Assembly (NCBI GenBank): GCA_044344995.1
Contig: JBIJBX010000002.1
Location: forward strand, 1 to 39,021
Length of the DNA stretch: 39,021 nucleotides
Source of the DNA: Oligoflexales bacterium
Lineage (GTDB): Bacteria; Bdellovibrionota_B; Oligoflexia; Oligoflexales; RGVZ01
Reading direction: 5' to 3'
This document shows positions 16,521-24,859 of the stretch, in pieces. Position numbers and translations under genes: made by a program. Position 1 is the first letter of the stretch; each line of letters starts with the position of its first letter. The notes under the pieces were generated by a model. It saw only the letters and a program-made list of their open reading frames with translations. It was not told the origin of the DNA and did no database searches.

Positions 16521-16658
16521 CGACCATCTCCTCTAATAAAACAACAATACAATACTGCCGGTAGTATTTCGGCTCCGGCACCCGGAACTAAAGAGAAGCC
16601 TGAAGATGGCCCGATCAAAACCTCTAAAGGCCTGCGGCAACCAAACAAAATGATGATC

Positions 16659-18491
16659 TTATTTTGATTTATTTCTGATTCGGACAACTTGGGGCCTAGC
16701 GCTAGGCCGCAGCGATGCCACTAAAGGCGCGAGCAGAAGCATCATGATGAATATGGCTGAGGACATATTTTGACGTTCAGCACCGATAGAGCATAAGCCA
16801 AGAAAGCCATCACCACTTGATTTCTTTTTTGAGCTTTGACCTACAGGCGCTTGCCCGTCTACCTCAGCCAAATTAATACCAAGCTCTTCGACTCCCATGG
16901 CGCGCGATGAGGCGGCACTTTTTATGATGGATGAATACTGTTGTCCGAACAATGCGTAATCGGCATCAAGCAATGCCACGACGACGGATTTCACCGTGCC
17001 CTGCCTCGGCAAATAGGCCACCGTCGCAACCAATAATTTATTTAAATTATCCGAAGGAATTGCGCCACCACGCTTCAAATCCGCAAATAAGCCCGAGATA
17101 ACCTGACCTCGAATATGGGCGCGAGAAGAATTCGCCATGTAAACTGCATCCAGATACTTCATGGAATTATCTGCCGTCCGCAGGCATTTTTTTGGCGAAA
17201 AACAGGGCTCTTGTGATGCGGGATTTGGAGTGGTCGTTGGACAAATTGACTCCGCAAGACAATTGTCACCGGACGCATAAAAGGTCATGGCGTCTGCTAA
17301 ACCCTCATGCACAACTACAGACTCAGAACCTCTAGGCACATCTGTAACCGAGCCAAACACCACGTGATGACCAAATTCGTGACTGACCACATCACTGTCG
17401 ATGGCAATATTGGTGAGCATACCTGGATAATCCGGACCAATAATTATAAAGGGTCCTGATTCCCCATCAAACGGCAGGTACTGCGCATTACCCTGACCCG
17501 CGCCTGAAAAAGAGGTCAGAACCCTAATTGGCTTTGGACCTTTCCAGACATAACCAAACTGACTTACAAATTGGAATTGGCGGTTGACGTGCGCAAATGA
17601 CGACTGTTCGGCAAAATGACGGGCATTTGATTGATCGGCGTCAAATGGTGCCGTATTACGCACCGTTGCATCGCCAAAGCCAGTGGTAAAATAATTATTG
17701 GTAAGAGTTCCGTCGCCGCTAACTTCAACATTGAATTCTACCAAAGCCTGTTTGGCTGGATCAGGATGCTTTGGATTTGAATGATAAGCTTTGACTTTCG
17801 CGGTGGCATCAAACGCTAACGAAAATCCTTCCACGATTTCATCACCATTCACATAGATCTCATAAGGCGTATGATCAACTCGCGCTCTCACCTTCCAAGT
17901 GGGAATCAACTCACCTGCTAATGGAAACAAGCATCGCGACATAGCGATCAAGGATATTTCTCCTGATGAATGTTCCTCACGCATGGCTTGCCTCACCTTG
18001 AGAGCAGCTTCCTCAGCGGGAGGCCAGCTATCAAGGTTCGTTGGATAAACAGCGTCAACGCTCGGTAAGAGACCCAGCACATGAGATGATCCGCGAAGGC
18101 TATCCACTGTTCTAATGGTCCCTTTACAGACATCAAATGCACCAGCACGAACACCATATTCCCGAACGGTCAGCCCGAGATCATTTGAAAATTTTCCTGC
18201 CGGCTTCTCGTCAAAATCAGTTGGCTTGGCGATCAGATTTAATAACGGATGGAGACCTCGCCCATGCAAGTGTCTTCTAATCAGGTCATGACGATCTTGG
18301 ATGGACAAGCTAAAATGGCTGCCCGCCAAAATAGCGCCAGCTGAAATCTCGTGCGACTTCCACTCCCGTTCGATCATGTCAGGCAGCGTTTTAAACAGCC
18401 CACGAGCCATACCGAGCTCGCCTTGCAGCAAAAGCAGCAAGAGCATCCCACAGAGGGATGATCCATGTCTATTTTTAAGCCGTAAAATCAT
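16659..18491 (-). CDS. Secreted thermolysin-like (M4/M36-type) zinc metalloprotease with a C-terminal sorting-signal-like tail
   Basis: An HExxH motif (SHEFGHHV) is followed 20 residues after its second His by a third-ligand Glu in an ExxxD context (VVVHEGLADAM), as in gluzincins. The N-terminus has a signal peptide. The C-terminus runs ..GDGFLGLCSIGAE..AIFIMMLLLAPLVASLRPSARP.. (Cys, hydrophobic helix, basic tail). Confidence 0.78.
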   Translation of the reverse strand: MILRLKNRHGSSLCGMLLLLLLQGELGMARGLFKTLPDMIEREWKSHEISAGAILAGSHFSLSIQDRHDLIRRHLHGRGLHPLLNLIAKPTDFDEKPAGKFSNDLGLTVREYGVRAGAFDVCKGTIRTVDSLRGSSHVLGLLPSVDAVYPTNLDSWPPAEEAALKVRQAMREEHSSGEISLIAMSRCLFPLAGELIPTWKVRARVDHTPYEIYVNGDEIVEGFSLAFDATAKVKAYHSNPKHPDPAKQALVEFNVEVSGDGTLTNNYFTTGFGDATVRNTAPFDADQSNARHFAEQSSFAHVNRQFQFVSQFGYVWKGPKPIRVLTSFSGAGQGNAQYLPFDGESGPFIIIGPDYPGMLTNIAIDSDVVSHEFGHHVVFGSVTDVPRGSESVVVHEGLADAMTFYASGDNCLAESICPTTTPNPASQEPCFSPKKCLRTADNSMKYLDAVYMANSSRAHIRGQVISGLFADLKRGGAIPSDNLNKLLVATVAYLPRQGTVKSVVVALLDADYALFGQQYSSIIKSAASSRAMGVEELGINLAEVDGQAPVGQSSKKKSSGDGFLGLCSIGAERQNMSSAIFIMMLLLAPLVASLRPSARPQVVRIRNKSK

Positions 18492-18886
18492 GCCGTTAGT
18501 AAACCTTTGCCAGCGCCGGAGAGTCGTTTAGCTTCCTTGCTACTTTCTTGAAGGCGTTATCGGCAATAATTGCCCAACAATTGAGCCCGTCTTGGCCTTG
18601 CTCTTTTAAGTGCCCAAATTTATTGGATTAATATAATTTTGATGGCCTTTTTGGCATCTTTATTAAATCTAAACATTTATCCACAGGCTTTGTGCATAAG
18701 GGGCGCCCATGGTCGGACAAATTCGTTGTGCCGCAAGGCCTTCACCAATTCGCATAGTTAATAAACAAACTAAAAAATAATCAAAAGCAAACACTTGCTG
18801 AGTCACAATATTTTTGCCATTCTGAGCGTCCGAAATTTTAAGTCAGCGAAATTTTTTTTCGTCGCAAATATTTTTTGGATATTTAA

Positions 18887-19765
18887 GTGATTAATCTCAA
18901 CGTCACAGCAGTCGAAGGCAACCGACAGCGTCTTGATGGCGGCGCGATGTTTGGCAACGCTCCTCGCACGCTTTGGGAGAAGTGGATAACGCCTGATGAA
19001 CTTGGCCGCATACCGCTAAATTGTCGTGCGATGCTGCTAGAGATCGATGGTCAGAAAATACTCTGTGAGACCGGTATCGGTAATTTTTTTGAACCGAAAT
19101 TGGCAGATCGTTACGGCGTCTTTGAAACAAGCCACAAGCTTCTGGAAAATTTAAATGCCCTGGGTGTCCGTGAATCCGACATCAATTTTGTCATTTTATC
19201 GCACCTACATTTTGATCATGCGGGCGGACTTTTATCCGCCTGGTCGCAAGATAACCCGGGAGACAGGCGATTGCTTTTTCCTAACGCCAAGATCGTCGTT
19301 GGTCGGCAGGCGATGGAGCGCGCCAAGGCACCCCACCCGCGCGACAAAGCCTCATTTATACCTGAGCTAACGTCTCTTATTGAGGCGAGCGGACGAATGA
19401 TCATTGTGGACGGAGCATCTCACCCGATGGTACTTCCCAATGTCCTTTCGTTTCATTACACGCATGGGCACACACCTGGCCATATGCATACGATTGCCAA
19501 CTCGGGTCGCCACCGCATAGTTTTTGCCGGTGATCTTATTCCCGGTCGCGCGTGGGTGCACTTGCCTATAACCATGGGCTATGACAGGTTCGCCGAGCAG
19601 GTCATCGATGAGAAAAAATATTTTTACGACAAATTCGCGGATAACTCGACTTTCATCTTTTACACGCACGACCATGAGTGCGCCATGAGTCATGTCCGCT
19701 TGTCAGAAAAAAACCGCTACGAGCCAACGGGAGAGGTCGTGAATCCCGTCTGTTTTCCACTTTAG
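18887..19765 (+). CDS. MBL-fold metallo-hydrolase
   Basis: It has the HxHxDH motif (SHLHFDHAGG) plus downstream His/Asp ligands (HTPGH, FAGD). The GTG start is uncertain. Confidence 0.85.
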   Translation: MINLNVTAVEGNRQRLDGGAMFGNAPRTLWEKWITPDELGRIPLNCRAMLLEIDGQKILCETGIGNFFEPKLADRYGVFETSHKLLENLNALGVRESDINFVILSHLHFDHAGGLLSAWSQDNPGDRRLLFPNAKIVVGRQAMERAKAPHPRDKASFIPELTSLIEASGRMIIVDGASHPMVLPNVLSFHYTHGHTPGHMHTIANSGRHRIVFAGDLIPGRAWVHLPITMGYDRFAEQVIDEKKYFYDKFADNSTFIFYTHDHECAMSHVRLSEKNRYEPTGEVVNPVCFPL

Positions 19766-21861
19766 TCGCTAGTCTCGGTGTCTGTCATTGATTCGGCTTG
19801 ATCAAACCGCGCGCCACACGCAGCATCTCTTTCGAGTTTTGAGAACTCAATTTTTTCCGCTACTGCCACAGCATGCTGTGCCGCAGATATTCTGCCTAAT
19901 GCCAACATCCGATCAAGCAGCTGTTTGATGATCCTATTGTAATTGGGCGTGAGCTCGCCTTTGCAAAAATAACGATAGCGCGGAATCGGCGCTGGCAACA
20001 AAGAGGCCAAATAAATTGCTTCCTTTAATGACAACTCACTTGGATCTTTGCTGAAAAACTTTTGGCTAGCTCTACCTATACCGAACAGTCCAGGACCAAA
20101 TTCAACCATGTTTAGGTAAATCTCAAGAATCCGCTCCTTGGAAATTGTCCGCTCAAGATGCCATGCCAAAAATATTTCCTGCATCTTTCTTGAAAGGGTT
20201 TTGTCGCGTGCCAAAAAAAGATTTTTGACTGTTTGCATAGTGATCGTGGACCCACCAACAGCGGCTCTTTTTGCCTCTGCATTTTTTTGCACCGCGCCAA
20301 CAAGGGCACCAATCTCAACACCTTGGTGACTAAAAAAACCAGTGTCTTCACTGGAAACGAACGCAGAACGCACCAAAGCCGGAACATCCCTGTAGGCGAC
20401 ATAATAAGGCCTGGCGGGATCAACAGGAATCGTGATCTTTCCTGATGGTGTGTCCCTCTCGATAACAAATGGGCCGAGCAGGTAGGCCGTAGAGTACATT
20501 TCTGGCGCAGATGTGACATCGCAGTTGAAGCTAGATCCTGAAATTGAAAACTTTGCCCCGTCTTTGTCCAATTGGATTTGCGCCCGGAGCGCGGCTTGTC
20601 CCTCCAATTCGAAACCAGACAGCTCTGGAGCAAAGCTCTCCGGTATGGTCTTCAAAATGGACGCACAGTGAACCCGGTCCGCATTGAGCTGGAAATCACC
20701 CATCGGCAACGAAAAATCACTTGAGTCGTGATTAAGGCGCAATGAAAACTCAGTTGAAACGGGGATACCAAGTCCGCCTGGCTCCGTAGGCGAGAAAACA
20801 AACAGCTCAGATTTACCGGCACTGGCGGATCGGTTATTCATGTTAACGTCGATGTCAATATTGGAGCGTATATTAATCGGTCCAACCGGATTCACCGCTA
20901 ACGCCGGGTGCTCGATATAAATATTCTCAAGAACGCCATGTACACTTAACCTCAACTGCCTGAGCGTCATGCCGTCAATGGCCTCAATACCAATGCCGCC
21001 GTGAAAACCAGGTACAAAGACCTTGCCCATTTTTGATTGAAAATAACTTAAAACCAGATCGGGAAGCCGGTCGGCGTCCACATCACACCGACCACTCATT
21101 GGATTTTGCAACATATTGCAACTCGCGGACCATAACGGTCTACCTCTAAAATCGGGGCGCTTGCGCACGTTTAACTGAATATTGCGACCACCTGGCAGGC
21201 GGGCCTCAATCTCAAGAAATCGTTCTTTGATGCGATCAAACGCAACAATTTCGCCTGCTCGCATGGCCACACGCTTGTCAATGAAGTTCATGGAAATGCC
21301 CACGTCACTTAGATTGAGAACCGGCTTTAACACATCAGTCCAAACGAATTGATTAAGATTCAGTGAGAGTCGTTTGGGAAGAAATAGTGGGACTATGGCT
21401 ACTTTTGATCTGGTCTTGGCAGGGCCGGATTTGAATAGTCTATCTGCTATTTTTTGAACCTCAATTGGCCAATTTTCCTTGTCTCTGGGTAACTTCAGCT
21501 TAGCGACACCAACGTTGATTGTGTCAGGTCGCAAAAAATCCGCGAAAGGGTTGAGGGATATACTGACCGCGATCTGATCTAGTTCTAGCCAAGGTTGCTG
21601 CCCGATTGTCACACGAGACAACTCGACGCTTTTAAATCCAACATCTATGTTTTGAATTCCGATAACAATCCCAGTACGTGATTTAATCCGGGCCACTTCA
21701 TCTCGAATGGTATCCCTAATTTTTTCCTCAAAACCTTCCAAAATTAAGCCACACGCAATCACTACCAAAAGTAGTGTTCCACCCAACACACTTAGTGCTC
21801 GAGTATTTTCCCTAATCTTACTTAGGGCTACACGCCAAGGTGTTGGATCGCGCTGCCACAC
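19762..21861 (-). CDS. Peptidoglycan glycosyltransferase (GT51) with a ~490-aa AsmA-like N-terminal extension
   Basis: The C-terminal region (aa ~490-660, nt ~19882-20394) carries GT51 signatures: SEDTGFFSHQGV (catalytic Glu), GGSTITMQ, RKMQE, and ILEIYLNMVEFG. There is no transpeptidase domain. The N-terminus has one TM segment (LGGTLLLVVIACGLIL). A beta-rich region then resembles the start of AsmA-family proteins in pattern. Confidence 0.8.
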   Translation of the reverse strand: MWQRDPTPWRVALSKIRENTRALSVLGGTLLLVVIACGLILEGFEEKIRDTIRDEVARIKSRTGIVIGIQNIDVGFKSVELSRVTIGQQPWLELDQIAVSISLNPFADFLRPDTINVGVAKLKLPRDKENWPIEVQKIADRLFKSGPAKTRSKVAIVPLFLPKRLSLNLNQFVWTDVLKPVLNLSDVGISMNFIDKRVAMRAGEIVAFDRIKERFLEIEARLPGGRNIQLNVRKRPDFRGRPLWSASCNMLQNPMSGRCDVDADRLPDLVLSYFQSKMGKVFVPGFHGGIGIEAIDGMTLRQLRLSVHGVLENIYIEHPALAVNPVGPINIRSNIDIDVNMNNRSASAGKSELFVFSPTEPGGLGIPVSTEFSLRLNHDSSDFSLPMGDFQLNADRVHCASILKTIPESFAPELSGFELEGQAALRAQIQLDKDGAKFSISGSSFNCDVTSAPEMYSTAYLLGPFVIERDTPSGKITIPVDPARPYYVAYRDVPALVRSAFVSSEDTGFFSHQGVEIGALVGAVQKNAEAKRAAVGGSTITMQTVKNLFLARDKTLSRKMQEIFLAWHLERTISKERILEIYLNMVEFGPGLFGIGRASQKFFSKDPSELSLKEAIYLASLLPAPIPRYRYFCKGELTPNYNRIIKQLLDRMLALGRISAAQHAVAVAEKIEFSKLERDAACGARFDQAESMTDTETSD

Positions 21862-21885
21862 GACAATGCTATCTCCTTTGTCATG

Positions 21886-22719
21886 CTAGAGTATGCTATC
21901 CTGACCCTGCAAATAATTGAGGTAACTAATAAAAAAATCTACGACAAGAATCGTTACAAGGGACATCACCACGGCTTCCGTCGTTGCCCGTCCAACGCCC
22001 TTAGCACCACCGTTGGCATTAAAACCTTTGTAGCAGCCAATCAAAGACAAAATGAGCCCGAAAATCATTGCTTTCTGGGCTCCTTCCCAAAGATGCCTAG
22101 GTTTTACAATCCACTGTATCTTGTCGAAGAAAACCGCTAAGTCCACATCGTAGATGACAACGCCGATCAGAAAAGAACAAAAAACACCCGAGATGATAAA
22201 AATCATCGTCAACAGCGGCATCATAGCAAAACTCGCCCAAATTCTTGGCGCGACCAGGTAATTGTAGGGATTCACCGCCATCACACGCATGGCGTCGATT
22301 TGCTCGTTAACCCGCATGGTCGCGATCTCGGCGGCCATTGAACTACCGGCTCGAGCTGTAACAAGAAAGGAACCAACCACTGGCGCAAGTTCTTTACTCA
22401 AAGCGTATCCAGCAGCAGCTCCAATCATGCCTTCTGCTCCAAACACTCGGAACATCTCTCCAAACTGCAAACCAAACACAGCGCCAATCATCATCCCGGC
22501 AAGAATCATGACGCCAATACTTTGATTACCCACAAACTCACACTGTTTTAAAAAAAGAGAAATTGACATGGCGGGACGAAATGTCCGCAAGATCGTATTC
22601 CACAGGAAGTTAGCGAGCGAACCAACCAATGTCACGGGATTCACAAACGTGGATTGGATGATCGAACCAACACCATTTACTGACAGGGTTCTTCCGACTG
22701 ATTCAACAACTTCCTTCAA
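21886..22719 (-). CDS. mlaE: MlaE/YrbE-family ABC transporter permease (lipid trafficking)
   Basis: The length (~277 aa) and sequence fit MlaE: ..FLKQCEFVGNQSIGVMILAGMMIGAVFGLQ.., ..ELAPVVGSFLVTARAGSSMAAEIATMRVNEQIDAMRVMAVNP.. (the EQIDA(L/M) signature). The start is TTG. No ATPase (MlaF) or MCE (MlaD) gene is adjacent. Confidence 0.88.
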   Translation of the reverse strand: MKEVVESVGRTLSVNGVGSIIQSTFVNPVTLVGSLANFLWNTILRTFRPAMSISLFLKQCEFVGNQSIGVMILAGMMIGAVFGLQFGEMFRVFGAEGMIGAAAGYALSKELAPVVGSFLVTARAGSSMAAEIATMRVNEQIDAMRVMAVNPYNYLVAPRIWASFAMMPLLTMIFIISGVFCSFLIGVVIYDVDLAVFFDKIQWIVKPRHLWEGAQKAMIFGLILSLIGCYKGFNANGGAKGVGRATTEAVVMSLVTILVVDFFISYLNYLQGQDSIL

Positions 22720-22761
22720 ACATCCCCCACTCGAATAACAGCTAAAAAGACAATGTGAGGT

Positions 22762-23451
22762 TCATTTGTTGTCAGTTGCCGGTGTCTCCGCTGGGCCAGC
22801 CTTGGATGCCGGTGACTTTTCCTCAGCTGGTGGCGCTTGATCACCCATGGGAGTGCTTGCAGGCTCTGCTGCTACCGGGGCTGATTCTTTAGGCGCTTTG
22901 GACTTCTTGTCTCGTTTCTTTTTTGGCTGCTCAGGTTGAGATTGACCCCAGTCCGCCAACTTCTTTTGCCTGCCAACACCGCGTTCACTCAAAACTTTCA
23001 TGGAAATATATTTTCCATCTTCTGTTTTTGCCCAGTCACCCTCAACGGAGACGAGGAAGTGATCACCACGATTGGCCTTACCAACTACCTTGGCTTTCGC
23101 ATCTGCCTGTTCCCGCAAGACCGCTGTATCGACCTTCACATAGAGAACCCGCTTTGATGTATTCATAACCGTGCCGGAACTTTGTGCTTCAGGTTGAGCT
23201 GGTACCGCCAGAGCAGAACTTGGCTGCACCTCAGCTTGGGCTGGAGTCTGTTCGTCTGATGGCGCGGGAGGTTGCGCGGTTGCTTCAGTTGAATCTTGAG
23301 GGGTCGCTTCCACTGGCTCAGTAACTTCTAAACTTGCATCATCCTCACCCGAGCTACTGCAACCATTGAACGCCAGGGCTAGCGCAAGTGCTAAACCAGC
23401 GGCGAGTGAATTCACTAAACGAGCATCTACAATTGTTAAGCACTTTTTCAT
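22762..23451 (-). CDS. Putative lipoprotein with a Pro/Ala/Glu/Gln-rich linker and an SH3b-like domain
   Basis: An AAGGAG SD precedes the start. The signal peptide ends ..LALALAFNGCSS. A low-complexity PAQ-rich region follows. An SH3_3-like segment comes next (VLYVKVDTAVLREQADAKAKVVGKANRGDHFLVSVEGDWAKTEDGKYISMKVL). The tail is Lys-rich. Confidence 0.62.
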   Translation of the reverse strand: MKKCLTIVDARLVNSLAAGLALALALAFNGCSSSGEDDASLEVTEPVEATPQDSTEATAQPPAPSDEQTPAQAEVQPSSALAVPAQPEAQSSGTVMNTSKRVLYVKVDTAVLREQADAKAKVVGKANRGDHFLVSVEGDWAKTEDGKYISMKVLSERGVGRQKKLADWGQSQPEQPKKKRDKKSKAPKESAPVAAEPASTPMGDQAPPAEEKSPASKAGPAETPATDNK

Positions 23452-23728
23452 TGGGCACTCCTTGGCATAAGCACTACTAAGACTTCTAAATATAATTCTA
23501 TCAGACTTTTAACCCCTACCGAGAGAGCGAGTGTGGAAATTAAGGAAATCCCCACCTAAACTGCCAACCGACTGATTGGCGGAGCCAGAAGTTGGCCTAT
23601 TTTACCCAATAATATTATATATTTAAAAGATTTACCTCACACACTGAGAGGATTCACCGAAGCCTCCCCAGGCAGCTAGTGCCCTTTGGCTAGCTATCAT
23701 TAGAGGTTGTCTTGGAGGAATCTACGTC

Positions 23729-24859
23729 ATGCTAAAAGCACATCACAGCTTGCCACTCATGTTTTTGCTGAGCACACACCAATTATTGATGACCAGTTGC
23801 GGCTCAGCAAGATTTGATAGTGGCACCAACGCCAGGGACGACGACGCGTACTACCAGGGCCAGGACGTTGACCAGTTAACCTGGTTTTGGCAGTGCAAAA
23901 GTTCTCCAGCTCCGGCCCCAGCTGGCTATAAAAGCAACGTCGTAATTCAAGGCGCTGGCGACCACAAGTTTCTTTCATCATCATTTTCAAAGACGCCATT
24001 AATCTTGAGCGGCAAAGTGTGCCCACCCTCGACATATCCGCGTGACATCGTTTTTGTGATTGACGTTTCGGGTTCAATGGCTGGCTGGAGTGGGAATGAC
24101 CCTAAAGTAAATAACTCATGTGGACGTTTACGCGCCGTCCAATCAATTATCGATGGAATCGCTGATGCAGGCGGTGACGCTCAGTTTGCGATCGTCACAT
24201 TTTCAAGCGGTGTCATGGCCAAGTCATCAAGCATGTACGCCACCTCATCCAGTCTTTTCGGAGACGTTGGCAAAGGCGGCTCCATCGCTAATACTTTGTG
24301 CGCTGCCAGCGGAGAAACTAACTACGGCTCCGGTTTGAGTGCTGCCGAGGACATACTTTCTGGCAGTCGAAGCGGCGCTATCAAAGAAATATATTTTGTG
24401 TCCGACGGTGAGCCGACCGACAGCAATGGCCCCGTTGTTGCTGATCGCCTCAAAAAAACTGGCATCCTTGATGAGACTGGTAAACGTGTTCCAGTTTCCA
24501 TTGCAACTGTTATGCTTGGAAGTGCTGATGATTCAAAACTTCGCGAGTTAACCAGCAAACCCGAGATGCATGCCGGCGCCGTAGCGGCAGGCGACCTTGC
24601 GGAAGTTCTGGGAGAGCTTGCCAAAAACGATATTGTGGAGGGCTCTATCAAGTATCGCCCTATTGGATCTGACTACTGGGAAGAAATCAGCTTGATGGAT
24701 AAGCTCCAAGCTTATAGTTTCTCAATCCCAGCTGCGACTATTGATTCCGACAGCGCGCCAAAAGGTCTGGAAGTTTCATTTGAATACCGCGACCAACACG
24801 ATAATCTTTATTCAGAAGAGGGCAAAATCCTGTGGTCAGACACCTCTGTCAAAAACTAA
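23729..24859 (+). CDS. von Willebrand factor type A (vWA) domain lipoprotein
   Basis: A GGAGGA SD precedes the start. The lipobox-like signal is LLMTSCGS. The MIDAS motif DxSxS is present (VFVIDVSGSM), as are the downstream T (GETNYG) and D (YFVSDGEPTD) MIDAS residues. Confidence 0.85.
   Translation: MLKAHHSLPLMFLLSTHQLLMTSCGSARFDSGTNARDDDAYYQGQDVDQLTWFWQCKSSPAPAPAGYKSNVVIQGAGDHKFLSSSFSKTPLILSGKVCPPSTYPRDIVFVIDVSGSMAGWSGNDPKVNNSCGRLRAVQSIIDGIADAGGDAQFAIVTFSSGVMAKSSSMYATSSSLFGDVGKGGSIANTLCAASGETNYGSGLSAAEDILSGSRSGAIKEIYFVSDGEPTDSNGPVVADRLKKTGILDETGKRVPVSIATVMLGSADDSKLRELTSKPEMHAGAVAAGDLAEVLGELAKNDIVEGSIKYRPIGSDYWEEISLMDKLQAYSFSIPAATIDSDSAPKGLEVSFEYRDQHDNLYSEEGKILWSDTSVKN

Noticed and set aside
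18600-18720. Possible replication origin (perfect DnaA box plus an AT-rich stretch)
   Set aside because: Only one perfect and one near-perfect box are present. There is no cluster of boxes and no dnaA, dnaN or gidA neighbourhood, and the flanking genes are a protease and a hydrolase. An operator is more plausible, so it is kept as a low-interest finding only.
20112-20633. 173-aa same-strand, off-frame ORF inside the GT51 fusion gene
   Set aside because: It overlaps the conserved GT51 coding frame completely. Its product is Arg/Ser/Cys-rich with no motif.
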